A stretch of DNA of 64,000 bases. It comes from a bacterium. Its GTDB lineage: Bacteria > UBA8248. Position 1 is the stretch's first letter. The number at the start of each line of letters is the position of its first letter. Position numbers and translations under genes: made by a program. Below the pieces are notes generated by a model. It saw only the letters and a program-made list of their open reading frames with translations, was not told the DNA's origin and made no database searches. Shown here one piece after another: positions 9,294 to 19,272 of this stretch. Where the stretch lies: positions 1,344,001-1,408,000 of the forward strand of contig CBDCRP010000002.1 in assembly GCA_965221165.1 (NCBI GenBank). Direction: 5' to 3'.

Positions 9294-10345
9294 AACTCTC
9301 CTCCAAGTGCCACGAGGTGGCGGACTCCCCCCTGGAGTTGCTCGAATACGTGATGGAACGGGGCTGGGGGGATGGACTGCCCGTCATCCCGCCCACCGAA
9401 GAGCGGGTGGCGGCCATGGTGGAGGCATCAAAGCGACCGCCGCCTGAGTCCCACGGCCGCATCCCCCACCTCTTCGGCGACGCCACGATCGAGAAGATCG
9501 CCGTCAACGCCGCCATGGCGGGCTGTAGGCCCGAGTACATGCCTATCCTCATTACCGCCGTCGACGCCATATTCGACCCCATTTACAACCTCCCGGGAGT
9601 TCAGGGAACGACGAACTGCATCGCGCAGCTCATCGTCGTCCACGGGCCCGCCCGCCACGCGCTGGGAATCAATTGCAAGGAAAACCTCTTCGGCCAGGGT
9701 TGGCGGGCCAACGCCACCATCGGCAGGGCATTTAGGTTCATCCTGCAAAACATCGGGGGCGCCATACCGGGCGACACCGACCGCAGCACCTTCGGCCACC
9801 AGGGCAAGTTTTCAAGCTGTATCGGCGAAAACGAAGAAGCGAGCCCGTGGCCGCCGCTCCACGTCGAACGCGGCCTCGAGCGTTCGGACAGCGCCGTAAC
9901 GGTTATCGCCGTCGACCCGCATATCATGGTCAACGACGCGAGCAGCACGGCGGGCGAGGGAGTGCTTCATTCCATCGCTTCGTCGATGATTCAGGCGGGG
10001 AGCAACAACGCGCTTTTCGGCGGGGAGATGGTGGTGGTTCTCGGCCCCGAACACGTGGATATGCTTGTGCGCGACGGCTGGGAACCGCCGCGAATCCGGG
10101 CCTTCCTTTATGAGAGGGGCAGGGTGCCGTCGTCTTTTTTTGCGCCGGCGAACCTCGAACGGGCGCGGGGGCGCCGAGGCGAACTCTTTGCCCGGGAAGA
10201 CCTGGAGAGCGTTCCCGTCGTCGACGATGAGGAGAGCATCTGCCTGTTCGTCGCGGGAGGTCTCGGGAAGCATAGCCTCGTCATCCCGACATTCGGAACC
10301 ACGCACAGCGTTACGCGAAAGATTGATTTTTCTTTCACCGACTGA
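9290..10345 (+). CDS. Conserved uncharacterised protein that typically accompanies UGSC (seleno)proteins
   Basis: GWGDGLPVIPPTEERV, NAAMAGCRPEY, RANATIGRA and CIGENEE.SPW motifs. ATGA overlap with the selenoprotein stop. Confidence 0.85.
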   Translation: MKLSSKCHEVADSPLELLEYVMERGWGDGLPVIPPTEERVAAMVEASKRPPPESHGRIPHLFGDATIEKIAVNAAMAGCRPEYMPILITAVDAIFDPIYNLPGVQGTTNCIAQLIVVHGPARHALGINCKENLFGQGWRANATIGRAFRFILQNIGGAIPGDTDRSTFGHQGKFSSCIGENEEASPWPPLHVERGLERSDSAVTVIAVDPHIMVNDASSTAGEGVLHSIASSMIQAGSNNALFGGEMVVVLGPEHVDMLVRDGWEPPRIRAFLYERGRVPSSFFAPANLERARGRRGELFAREDLESVPVVDDEESICLFVAGGLGKHSLVIPTFGTTHSVTRKIDFSFTD

Positions 10346-10515
10346 ACGTGAGTCGGACTCGGGAGAGGAGCGGATTCGACACTCTATCGCACCCGATAAT
10401 CGGGCCCTTGCCTGATGGCGGGGGTTCCATGCCGGGGGTGATAGGACATTGCGGCACGACACCCCGCTCCATGCAGGGGTGTTGGTGTCAATCCATCATT
10501 TTGGAGGGAAGAGCA

Positions 10516-12132
10516 ATGGAACGGAATAAGATCCGATTTGGAAGCGTCGCTATTTTCTTTGTTCTCGCGGCGGTGCTTGTCCTCGGCCAGGTTCCAGGGT
10601 CCGCATGGGCCCAGAAGCGGGGAGGCACGCTGGTTATCGGCCTGGAAGCCGACCCGGGGCATTTCAACCTGATCGTCAAACCAGGCACCACGGTCCAGGT
10701 GCCGGCCGTGAACATCTACAACAAGCTGATCACTCTCGATTTCAATCTCAGTCCGAAGCCGGAATTGGCGAAGTCCTGGGAGGTCAAAGACGGAGGAAAG
10801 ACGCTCATCTTCCATCTCCGAAAGGGCGTGAAGTTCCATGACGGCAAGGAGATGACGAGCGAGGACGTCAAGTTCTCGCTGGAGAAGTGCCTGCCGTACA
10901 ATCCCCGCTCGCGCGTGTTCTGGAAGCCTGTGGCGGAGAAGGTGGAAGCGCCGGACAAGTACACCATCGTCGTCCGCCTCAAGAAGCCTTTCGCTCCTTT
11001 GCTCACGGTGATGGGCGTGATCTTCGGCGGACCCGCCATCTATCCCAAGCACCTGTGGAAGGATCATGTGGGCAGCCGCAAGGCGTTCCTGAATGCTCCG
11101 TGGAGCAAGAAACCCGTTGGAACGGGGCCCTTCATGCTTAAGGAATACAAGAAGGGAAGCCACGTCAGGCTCGTGCGGAACCCGAATTACTGGAACGCGC
11201 CCAAGCCCTACGCGGATGAACTGGTCATCCGGTTCATCTCGGACGCCAACACCCGGCTCATTGCCTTGGAAAAAGGCGAACTCGACTATCTGCGCGCGGC
11301 GCTCGTCCCCTGGGATCAGGCCGCCCGTCTCAAAAAGAACCCGAAACTCGTCGTCCTCGACAAGGGGGGAGAGGCGACGGGGCAGGTCGAGTTCATGCTC
11401 TTGAACATGCGGCGGCCTATCACCGGGAACGTGAAGGTTCGCCAGGCGATCGCGTATGCGCTGGACAAGAACCAGATCAGCCAGCTGGCTACCGGGGGCA
11501 CCGCGAAAGTGGCGGACGGCATCATGCATTCGGCCATGAAGTGGGCGCACAAGGGCAGCTTTGCTCAGTACAAGCAAGACGTGGCCATGGCGAACAGGCT
11601 GCTCGATGAGGCGGGCTACCCGATGAAAGGAGGCAAGCGCTTCGGCCTCACGCTAACCTGGGCCCGGGGTCGCGGCTTTGAGGGATTGGCGGCCGAGGTG
11701 ATCAAGCAACAGCTCAAGAAAGTCGGCATCGACATCAAGATCGAGTCCTTCGACCGGGCGGCGACGCTGCAGAAGGTGTACATCAAGCACAATTTCGACA
11801 TCATGATGCAGTTCTTCACCACCGGTCCCGACCCCAAGATCAGCGTGACCCGGGTCTACGACAGGAACAACATCGGCTCGGCGAACTTCAACAACGCGCC
11901 GTCCTACATCAACGTAGGCGTTCAGCGTCTTCTCGACGCCGAATGGCAGATCCCCGACGTAAAGAAGCGGGGCGCCGCGTGGCGTCAGATCGTCGATATG
12001 GTCGCGGCCGACGCGCCCGTGATCCCGCTGTTCGAGACGCCCTTCGTCCACACGCATTCGGCAAAATGGGCGGATGTGGTCACGCGTCCCTACTGCGCTT
12101 ATTGCACTCGGGAGGACGCTTACCAGAAGTAG
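10516..12132 (+). CDS. ABC transporter substrate-binding protein, family 5 (DppA/OppA-like)
   Basis: Signal peptide, PELAKSWEV...FHLRKGVKFHDG signature and PVGTGPF. RBS GGAGGG precedes ATG 10516. Confidence 0.93.
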   Translation: MERNKIRFGSVAIFFVLAAVLVLGQVPGSAWAQKRGGTLVIGLEADPGHFNLIVKPGTTVQVPAVNIYNKLITLDFNLSPKPELAKSWEVKDGGKTLIFHLRKGVKFHDGKEMTSEDVKFSLEKCLPYNPRSRVFWKPVAEKVEAPDKYTIVVRLKKPFAPLLTVMGVIFGGPAIYPKHLWKDHVGSRKAFLNAPWSKKPVGTGPFMLKEYKKGSHVRLVRNPNYWNAPKPYADELVIRFISDANTRLIALEKGELDYLRAALVPWDQAARLKKNPKLVVLDKGGEATGQVEFMLLNMRRPITGNVKVRQAIAYALDKNQISQLATGGTAKVADGIMHSAMKWAHKGSFAQYKQDVAMANRLLDEAGYPMKGGKRFGLTLTWARGRGFEGLAAEVIKQQLKKVGIDIKIESFDRAATLQKVYIKHNFDIMMQFFTTGPDPKISVTRVYDRNNIGSANFNNAPSYINVGVQRLLDAEWQIPDVKKRGAAWRQIVDMVAADAPVIPLFETPFVHTHSAKWADVVTRPYCAYCTREDAYQK

Positions 12133-12156
12133 TCCTGTAATTCGATTCGTGTTTCA

Positions 12157-12182
12157 GGGGCCCCGTCTCCGGGCGGGGCCCC
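12157..12182 (+). terminator. GC-rich intercistronic hairpin (mRNA stabiliser or partial terminator) after the SBP gene
   Basis: Inverted repeat GGGGCCCCG...CGGGGCCCC between the SBP and permease genes. Confidence 0.55.
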
Positions 12183-12216
12183 GCAGGTTTCTTGACGTCT
12201 CACCGAGGGGCGATCC

Positions 12217-13200
12217 ATGGCAGGTGGTCATCCGCTTCTGCGTTACAGTGTAAGGCGTATTCTTCAGGCCGTCCCTCTCGTTTTCTGGGTCGTCATCATC
12301 AACTTCACCATCATCCATCTCGCTCCGGGAGATCCGGCCATCTATTTGGCCAGCGTCACCGAGGCCACGCCGGAGGCCTACGAGGAACTGCGCATCGAGT
12401 TCGGCCTGGACAAGCCGCTTTACGTCCAGATGGGGATTTACCTGTGGAAGCTGCTTCATCTGGACTTGGGCTACTCCACCTGGCACAACTCCCCCGTACT
12501 CGGTGTAATTCTCGATCGCTTGCCGGCCACCATGCTCCTGATGGCGACGGCCTTCTCCATAGCCAGCCTCATGGGAGTCATACTGGGCGTTATTGCATCG
12601 CGTTACTCCTATTCGGTGGGCGATCACCTGGCGACCCTGGCTTCGCTCGCCGGCTATTCGATGCCCATTTTCTGGCTGGGCCAACTTCTCATACTTTTCT
12701 TCGCTCTCTACCTGGACTGGTTGCCGAGCCAGGGCATGTATTCGATGCGCGGGGTGGAGCCCGGCTGGCCTGCGGTTCTTGACGTCTTGAAGCACTTGCT
12801 CCTTCCCGCCATTACCTACGCCACTTATCATATGACCCTCGTATTCCGAATCACACGGGGGAAGATGCAGGAAACACTCGCGCAGGACTTCATCCTGACC
12901 GCGAAATCCAAGGGGTTGAACGAACGCCGCGTGCTCTACCGGCACGCCCTGCGCAATGCGCTGCTCCCGGTGGTTACCGTGATCGGCATCAATTTCGCAT
13001 ACGTCATGGCGGGCTCGGTGTTCACCGAGACCGTGTTCGGGTGGCCGGGCATGGGCAGGCTGATTTTCGAATCGATTACCGCACGGGACTATCCGATGAT
13101 TCTGGGAATCTTCCTCGTCGTCTCGATGATGATAGTGCTTGCAAACCTCATCACGGACATTCTCTACGCCATGATTGACCCGCGTGTGGCTTATGAATAG
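12217..13200 (+). CDS. ABC transporter permease (DppB-like)
   Basis: HLAPGDPA, FGLDKPL, TAKSKGL EAA loop, HALRNALLP and ETVFGWPGMG. Confidence 0.94.
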   Translation: MAGGHPLLRYSVRRILQAVPLVFWVVIINFTIIHLAPGDPAIYLASVTEATPEAYEELRIEFGLDKPLYVQMGIYLWKLLHLDLGYSTWHNSPVLGVILDRLPATMLLMATAFSIASLMGVILGVIASRYSYSVGDHLATLASLAGYSMPIFWLGQLLILFFALYLDWLPSQGMYSMRGVEPGWPAVLDVLKHLLLPAITYATYHMTLVFRITRGKMQETLAQDFILTAKSKGLNERRVLYRHALRNALLPVVTVIGINFAYVMAGSVFTETVFGWPGMGRLIFESITARDYPMILGIFLVVSMMIVLANLITDILYAMIDPRVAYE

Positions 13201-13212
13201 GAACCTGGAACC

Positions 13213-14112
13213 GTGACGACGACGGCTGACCCAATCGCTCATCGAAACTCGAAAAGAGGGCCGCAGTGGAGGGCCATCTGGGGAGCGTTCAGCCAGAATC
13301 CCGCGGTGCCCATCGCAGCGTCCGTGCTGTTGTTGCTGGTTTTACTGGTATTATTCGCGCCCCTCCTGGCGCCCTATGATCCTTACGCCCTGGGTTCGGG
13401 TTCGCGGCTGGGCGGGCATAGTTACCGCAACCTCATGGGCGCCGACAATCTCGGCCGCGATGTCTTGAGCCGCATCCTGTGGGGCGGGCGGGTCTCGATC
13501 TTCGTTGGTTTCTCGGCGGCCTTCGCCACGACGGTCTTAGGCCTGCTCGTGGGCACAATCTCCGGTTACCTGGGCGGGTGGGTCGACGACATTCTGATGC
13601 GGCTCACCGAGACTTTCATGGTGATTCCGCGCTTCTTCCTTGCGCTGATAATCGTCGCCTTCTTCGGGGCGAGCATCTGGAACATCATCTTCGCCATCTC
13701 CATTTTGACGTGGCCGGTGACGGCCCGCATCGTTCGCTCGGAATTCCTGACCCTGCGCACACGGCAATTCGTGGACGCCGCGCACGTGATCGGGACGAAG
13801 AGATCGACAATCATCTTTCGTGAGATTCTGCCGAACGCCATAGGGGTTGTAGTCGTAAACGCCTCGCTTTTGACTGCGCAGGCGATGCTGCTGGAAGCGG
13901 GTTTGAGCTATCTCGGCCTGGGAGACCCCAGCCTGGTGACCTGGGGGCGGATGCTTTACGAAGCGCAGCCTTTTCTGCGGCAAGCATGGTGGATGGCCGT
14001 GTATCCCGGTTTGGGCATCTTTCTTTCGGTCCTGACGCTCAATCTGCTGGGAGACGGCTTGAACGACGTGCTCAATCCCCGCTCTTCCGAGATTCACCGG
14101 ACCGGACTATGA
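13213..14112 (+). CDS. ABC transporter permease (DppC-like)
   Basis: GADNLGRDVLSR, EAGLSYLGLG and NLLGDGLND.LNP. Confidence 0.94.
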   Translation: MTTTADPIAHRNSKRGPQWRAIWGAFSQNPAVPIAASVLLLLVLLVLFAPLLAPYDPYALGSGSRLGGHSYRNLMGADNLGRDVLSRILWGGRVSIFVGFSAAFATTVLGLLVGTISGYLGGWVDDILMRLTETFMVIPRFFLALIIVAFFGASIWNIIFAISILTWPVTARIVRSEFLTLRTRQFVDAAHVIGTKRSTIIFREILPNAIGVVVVNASLLTAQAMLLEAGLSYLGLGDPSLVTWGRMLYEAQPFLRQAWWMAVYPGLGIFLSVLTLNLLGDGLNDVLNPRSSEIHRTGL

Positions 14113-15092
14113 ACGAGAAGGCGGAAAATCGAAACGGCCTCCTGCGGGTCTCCGATCTGAGGACCTACCTCGATGTCCCTTCCGGCGTGATCAAAGCCGT
14201 GGACGGCGTCTCGCTGGAAGTGAACCGCAAGGAGGCGGTTGCGCTGGTCGGAGAGTCGGGGTCGGGGAAATCCATGACGGCTCTCACCATCATCCGGCTC
14301 CAGCCGGTCGTAGCCCGCATCCTCTCGGGCGAAGTGCTGTTGGGCGACGTGGATCTCCTGACGCTGGATGCGGCGAGTATGCGCAACCTCCGCGGAAAGG
14401 AGATCGCCATGGTCTTTCAGGATCCCATGACTTATCTGAACCCCGTCATGCGGGCCGGGGCCCAGGTGGCGGAGGTGGTGCTGGAGCACCAGGAGGTCAC
14501 GAAAGGGGAGGCTCGCTCACAGGTGCTCGACGCATTCGATCATGTCGGCATCCCTTCCCCCCAAAGGGTCTACGATAGCTACCCCCATCAGTTGAGCGGC
14601 GGCATGCGCCAACGGGTGCTCATCGCCATGGCCATTTCGTGCCGCCCGTCCCTGCTCATCGCCGATGAGCCCACCACGGCGCTGGACGTGACCATTCAGG
14701 CGCAAATCATGGACCTGCTCGCCCAACTTCGCGAGGAACTCCAGAACGCCCTGTTCCTGATCACGCACGATATCGGCCTGGTGGCGGAGCATTGCGACCG
14801 AATCTACATCATGTATGCGGGCCAGATTGTAGAGCACGCCGACACCTTTACCCTGTTCGCCGAACCGAAACATCCCTATACGGAGGGTCTCTTGCGTTCG
14901 ACGCTCAGCCCCGATAAGCGCGTTGAGGTATTTGAAACCATCGAGGGGCAGGTGCCGAACCCGACAGACATGCCGTCGGGTTGCCGCTTCCATCCGCGTT
15001 GTCCCCACGTCAAAGACATCTGCCGCGAAGAATCGCCGCCTTCCTTGAGTTTGGGGAAGGGACGGATGGTGGCTTGCTGGCTTTATGATTGA
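14109..15092 (+). CDS. ABC transporter ATP-binding protein (DppD-like)
   Basis: [25 protein letters not shown] and the C-terminal GCRFHPRC oligopeptide-type domain. Confidence 0.95.
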   Translation: MNEKAENRNGLLRVSDLRTYLDVPSGVIKAVDGVSLEVNRKEAVALVGESGSGKSMTALTIIRLQPVVARILSGEVLLGDVDLLTLDAASMRNLRGKEIAMVFQDPMTYLNPVMRAGAQVAEVVLEHQEVTKGEARSQVLDAFDHVGIPSPQRVYDSYPHQLSGGMRQRVLIAMAISCRPSLLIADEPTTALDVTIQAQIMDLLAQLREELQNALFLITHDIGLVAEHCDRIYIMYAGQIVEHADTFTLFAEPKHPYTEGLLRSTLSPDKRVEVFETIEGQVPNPTDMPSGCRFHPRCPHVKDICREESPPSLSLGKGRMVACWLYD

Positions 15093-16116
15093 TCTCGCCT
15101 TCATGAATCATTCACTCTTGCAGGTGCGCAGGCTGACGAAACATTTTCCCGTCGACGGGGGATGGTTCCGGCCTCCTCGCCACGTGCACGCCGTGGACGA
15201 CATCAGTTTCTCGCTCAAAGCCGGTGAATCGTTCGCCCTGGTGGGTGAAAGCGGCTGCGGGAAAACGACGACGGCCCGCTTGCTGGCGAAATTGGAAAAG
15301 CCCGACGATGGAAGCATCCTCTTCGACGAACAAGAGGTCGCGGAATTGAGAGGACCCGCTCTCAAGCAGTACAATCGCGACGTACAGATGATCTTTCAGG
15401 ATCCCTTCGAATCCTTGAATCCCAGGCGTACCGTGCGGGCCATCCTGCGCCAGCCTTTCCTCAATCATGACGCGGCGGATAAAAGCGAGATTGATGAGAC
15501 CGTCGTTGATCTCCTGAACCAGGTGGGCATGGAGCCGGGCGAAATCTTCATGGACCGCTACCCTCACCAGCTCAGCGGCGGCCAGCGTCAGCGTATCGGC
15601 ATCGCGCGGGCTCTCACGCTCAAGCCCCGGCTGGTGATCGCCGATGAGCCGGTCTCCTCACTCGATATATCGATCCGCGCCCAAATCCTGAACCTCCTGA
15701 AGGCTCTTCAGGCGCAACATGATCTTTCCTACCTCTTCATCACGCACGACCTGGGAGTCGTGCGGTCGGTCTGTGACAGGGTGGGGGTCATGTACCTCGG
15801 TGAGATCGTGGAGCTTGCGGCGGTGGAGTCGCTCTTCACCACGCCCCTGCACCCCTACACGCAGGCGCTGCTCTCGGCCACTCCGGTGGCGGACCCGGTG
15901 AAGGCCAGGCAGCGGCGGCGCATCATCCTCAAGGGAGAGGTTCCTTCCGCCCTTGACCCGCCGACCGGATGCCGTTTCCATACCCGTTGTCCGTACAGCG
16001 AGCAGCGTTGCGTGGAAGAGAAGCCTGTGCTGAGAGAGTTCCATCCCGGCCATACGGTGGCCTGTCATTTTGCGGGGACCGTCGGCGTCGACGTCACGGC
16101 CGGTTCACTCATTTAG
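15085..16116 (+). CDS. ABC transporter ATP-binding protein (DppF-like)
   Basis: GESGCGKT, LSGGQRQR, ADEPVSSLD and GCRFHTRC. Confidence 0.95.
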   Translation: MIDLAFMNHSLLQVRRLTKHFPVDGGWFRPPRHVHAVDDISFSLKAGESFALVGESGCGKTTTARLLAKLEKPDDGSILFDEQEVAELRGPALKQYNRDVQMIFQDPFESLNPRRTVRAILRQPFLNHDAADKSEIDETVVDLLNQVGMEPGEIFMDRYPHQLSGGQRQRIGIARALTLKPRLVIADEPVSSLDISIRAQILNLLKALQAQHDLSYLFITHDLGVVRSVCDRVGVMYLGEIVELAAVESLFTTPLHPYTQALLSATPVADPVKARQRRRIILKGEVPSALDPPTGCRFHTRCPYSEQRCVEEKPVLREFHPGHTVACHFAGTVGVDVTAGSLI

Positions 16117-16239
16117 TCACCGGGCCTTTCTTTTCCACTAAATTCGGCCCGGTGATCTCGGGTTCGCGCGCTCGATGGAGAGGCAGAAGCATAATACGTT
16201 TCATCCAAAAAAGCAGAAGATTTTCCCGGAGGATTTTTC

Positions 16240-17541
16240 ATGAACGATGCTCTCGAAAAGGTGATTTCACAGGCTCGGCGAATCGACGTGGTTGCCCTTC
16301 TCCAGGAACTTGTCCGAATCCCCAGCCCCACGGGAGAAGAGGGAGCGATCCAGACCCTGGTGCAAGAACGATTTGCCGGTGCCGGTCTCGAGATGGAGGC
16401 GTTCGAGGCGAACCTTGAGGTGTTGAGAGAGCATCCGGCGTTTTCGGCCCCCCGCTTTTCGCTGGAGAGGGGTTATGGGGGCCGGCCGAACGTGCTCGGC
16501 CGCATGCGGGGAGCGGGAGGCGGCAGGTCGCTCCTCCTATTTTGCCATGCCGACACGGTTCCACCCGGTCCGCGAAGCGCCTGGACCCGGGATCCATTCG
16601 GGGGCGAGGTGGAGGACAATCGCCTCTATGGACGGGGATCGGGAGACGCCAAGTCGGGGTTGGCCGTCATGATTGCGTGCGCCCGGGCCTTACAAGGCGC
16701 CGGAGTGCGTCTCAAGGGGGATCTGACTCTCCTCTCCACCGTCGAAGAAGAAGAAGGAGGCGGAGGGGGGATGCTGGCGTGCGTTCTTCGCGGCCTTAAG
16801 GCGGATGGAGCCGTTTACACCCATATGAAACCGGGAGGATTGGGCGGCGTAGATATCGGTTCGGGCGGCGATGTGAGTTTCCGGATCACCGTGCCGGGCC
16901 AGGCCGGTCACAAGGGTTCGGCGCATCTTTTCGTGAACGCCATCGAGAAAGCCGAAAAGATCCACGCTGCGCTCAGAGAGCTGGACGCGCATAGAGGAGC
17001 CACGATTCGCGAACCCCTGGTGGAAAAACGTTTTGAGATAAGCGGACTCGAACCTCGCACGGTGAACCTTGTGGTGACCGTGATCCGCGCAGGCGTGTCC
17101 ATCGGTCAACTCCCGGCCGAATGCGTACTGGAGGGCGTGGCGGGGGTGGCCCCGAGAGAAAGCCTCGATGAGGTAAGAGAACTGGTGGAAAACCACCTCG
17201 CCCGGGCCGCCGGGGCCGACCCGTGGCTTCGCGAGCATCCGCCTCGGCTGGAATGGACGGAGAGACGCGCGGAGCCTTGCCTCACCGACCCCGAACACCC
17301 GTTTGTTCGAACGGCTTTGTCCGTAGCCGAACGGGTTACGGGCCGTCCTGCACAGCGTCAGGCCCTGAACGGGACGACGGACATGCGATTCCCGGTTCTC
17401 TACGGCGACACGCCCACCATCATGTTCGGAGGGAATTGCCCACGGGGTCACATCCCCGATGAATTTACCTATATCGACGAGCTTCGGCTCTCCGTCGACG
17501 GGTTGCTCCACCTGATTCTCGAGTGGTGCGGTGTGGCGTAA
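16240..17541 (+). CDS. M20 family (ArgE/DapE-like) metallo-deacylase
   Basis: HADTVP, LYGRGSGDAKSG, VEEE and C-terminal GHIPDE. Confidence 0.9.
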   Translation: MNDALEKVISQARRIDVVALLQELVRIPSPTGEEGAIQTLVQERFAGAGLEMEAFEANLEVLREHPAFSAPRFSLERGYGGRPNVLGRMRGAGGGRSLLLFCHADTVPPGPRSAWTRDPFGGEVEDNRLYGRGSGDAKSGLAVMIACARALQGAGVRLKGDLTLLSTVEEEEGGGGGMLACVLRGLKADGAVYTHMKPGGLGGVDIGSGGDVSFRITVPGQAGHKGSAHLFVNAIEKAEKIHAALRELDAHRGATIREPLVEKRFEISGLEPRTVNLVVTVIRAGVSIGQLPAECVLEGVAGVAPRESLDEVRELVENHLARAAGADPWLREHPPRLEWTERRAEPCLTDPEHPFVRTALSVAERVTGRPAQRQALNGTTDMRFPVLYGDTPTIMFGGNCPRGHIPDEFTYIDELRLSVDGLLHLILEWCGVA

Positions 17542-17757
17542 GCGGGCGCCCGGCGCCTTGCATATTCCTCTCTCCCGCATGGGGAGACAAGTGCCTCGCC
17601 AAGAGAACGAGGCAGCCTGCTGGTCAAAGGTGCGCCTCGCCTGATGATGTGTTTGCATGTTGTTTGAATTCCTGAGAACTTTATCACCCACCGTGGTGTG
17701 ATCCATAGTGAGCGGGCGAAAAAGGGTTTCCGAACTTCTGTGACGGGAGAAAGACAG

Positions 17758-18891
17758 ATGAGCGAAAAACAGGCGGCGGTTGCTCCGGATTTTGCGGCTA
17801 TCCGAAACGAATTTCCCGTCACCCGGAATTGGACCTATCTGGACGTCGCCAACAAGGCTCCCCTTCCCAGGTGCGCCCAGGACGCCATTCCGGATTTCCT
17901 GCGAGAGATGAATGAACTCGGAGTTCGAGGGGCCTTTTCCAAGCTCCGTGTGGAAGAGATTCGCTCTTCGCTGGCTTCGCTCCTGGGCGTCTCGCCCCGG
18001 ACAATCGCGTTCATCAAGAATACTTCAGAGGGTTTGAACATCGCCGTACAGGCGCTGGATATCCAGGCGGGAGACAACGTCGTCCAGACTGAATTGGACC
18101 ACCCGAACCAGGTGTACGCCTGGAAGCGCCTCGAGGAAAGAGGCGTCGAACTGCGATGGGTGCGAAATCGGGACGGCCGCTTCCCGCCGGAGGCGTTCTT
18201 AGAACTGCTGGATGAGAGAACGCGCGTCGTGGCGGTCTCCTACGTGATTTTCGGTACCGGCTGCCGAATAGACTTGCCCGCCCTGAGCGCGGCCTGCCGC
18301 GAGCGCGGGATTCTTTTGATGACGGATGCGATTCAGGGAATCGGGATCCTCGCAGCATCATTGCCGACCCTCGGGGCGGATATCGTGGTCTGCGGCGGGC
18401 ACAAGGGATTGCTCGGTCTGCCCGGCACGGGTTTTCTCTATTGCCGCGAAGACCTGATTCCCGGGATGAAGCCCCCTTTCTTCGCCCGCGCCAGCATGGT
18501 TCGCGAAGTGCTCGCCCGGATGGAGGTCGGGCTGGCCCCGGACGCCCACCGGTTCGAGATCGGAAATCCCAATTATCTGGGTCTGTGGGTCCTTGGCCGC
18601 TCGGTCGAGTTCCTGGCAGGGGTGGGGCTTGAGCACATCGAGGAGCGTGTAAGGCAGTTGACCACTCATTTGATGGAGCTGCTGGAGAGCCGGGGGAAGA
18701 AGATTCTGACTCCTCGTTCCTGGGAGGAGCGCGCCGCCATTGTGAGCATCGAGTCGCCCGATCCCAGGAAGACGGCGGAGTTTCTGCGTGAGAACAGAAT
18801 CATCGCCAGCGCCCGCGACAGCGCCCTTCGTTTTGCGCCGCATTTTTATAATACCGAAGAAGAACTGGAGCGGGTGGTCAGTTTGCTTTGA
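17758..18891 (+). CDS. Aminotransferase class V-fold PLP enzyme
   Basis: EFP...YLD.A, NTSEGLN, DAIQ, GGHK (PLP lysine) and LRFAPHFYNTEEE. Confidence 0.92.
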   Translation: MSEKQAAVAPDFAAIRNEFPVTRNWTYLDVANKAPLPRCAQDAIPDFLREMNELGVRGAFSKLRVEEIRSSLASLLGVSPRTIAFIKNTSEGLNIAVQALDIQAGDNVVQTELDHPNQVYAWKRLEERGVELRWVRNRDGRFPPEAFLELLDERTRVVAVSYVIFGTGCRIDLPALSAACRERGILLMTDAIQGIGILAASLPTLGADIVVCGGHKGLLGLPGTGFLYCREDLIPGMKPPFFARASMVREVLARMEVGLAPDAHRFEIGNPNYLGLWVLGRSVEFLAGVGLEHIEERVRQLTTHLMELLESRGKKILTPRSWEERAAIVSIESPDPRKTAEFLRENRIIASARDSALRFAPHFYNTEEELERVVSLL

Positions 18892-18991
18892 GGAAAGTTT
18901 ATCTATAGTGGCGTGCTGCGCCCTCCAAACCGGCTCCTTGACCTGACCTTGATATCGTTTCGTGCCGTATGAAAATTTTCGGTTGGAGAAA

Positions 18992-19045
18992 GCGACCGCA
19001 ACCATCGGACGCGCGGTACGGCTGATCATGTTCAACTGCATGGGC
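18992..19045 (+). pseudogene. Short remnant of a paralog of the 9290-10345 gene
   Basis: Translates ATATIGRAVRLIMFNCMG, versus ANATIGRAFRFILQNIGG in the intact gene. No intact ORF surrounds it. Confidence 0.5.
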
Positions 19046-19272
19046 GACCTCGAAAACCGGGGCGCCACCGGGGGGCGGGTGGGAGGCTGATCCCGGCGTC
19101 CGGGAAAGAGACCGGCGACCGCTCACCCAAGCGAGCTTCGGCTCGCGCCGGAGATGCCCGTCGAGGTCCATATCCGGATCGCGGTTCAGCTATCTCGTGA
19201 AACCGCTCTCGGATTCCTTATCGAGAAATAGCTTTTCTTAAGCGCAGGCTCTCGTTCCAGAGAAAATTTCCC

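Noticed and set aside
17545-17640. Two small hairpins between the M20 and PLP genes as a riboswitch
   Set aside because: I cannot recognise a conserved aptamer motif, and short hairpins are expected in GC-rich DNA.
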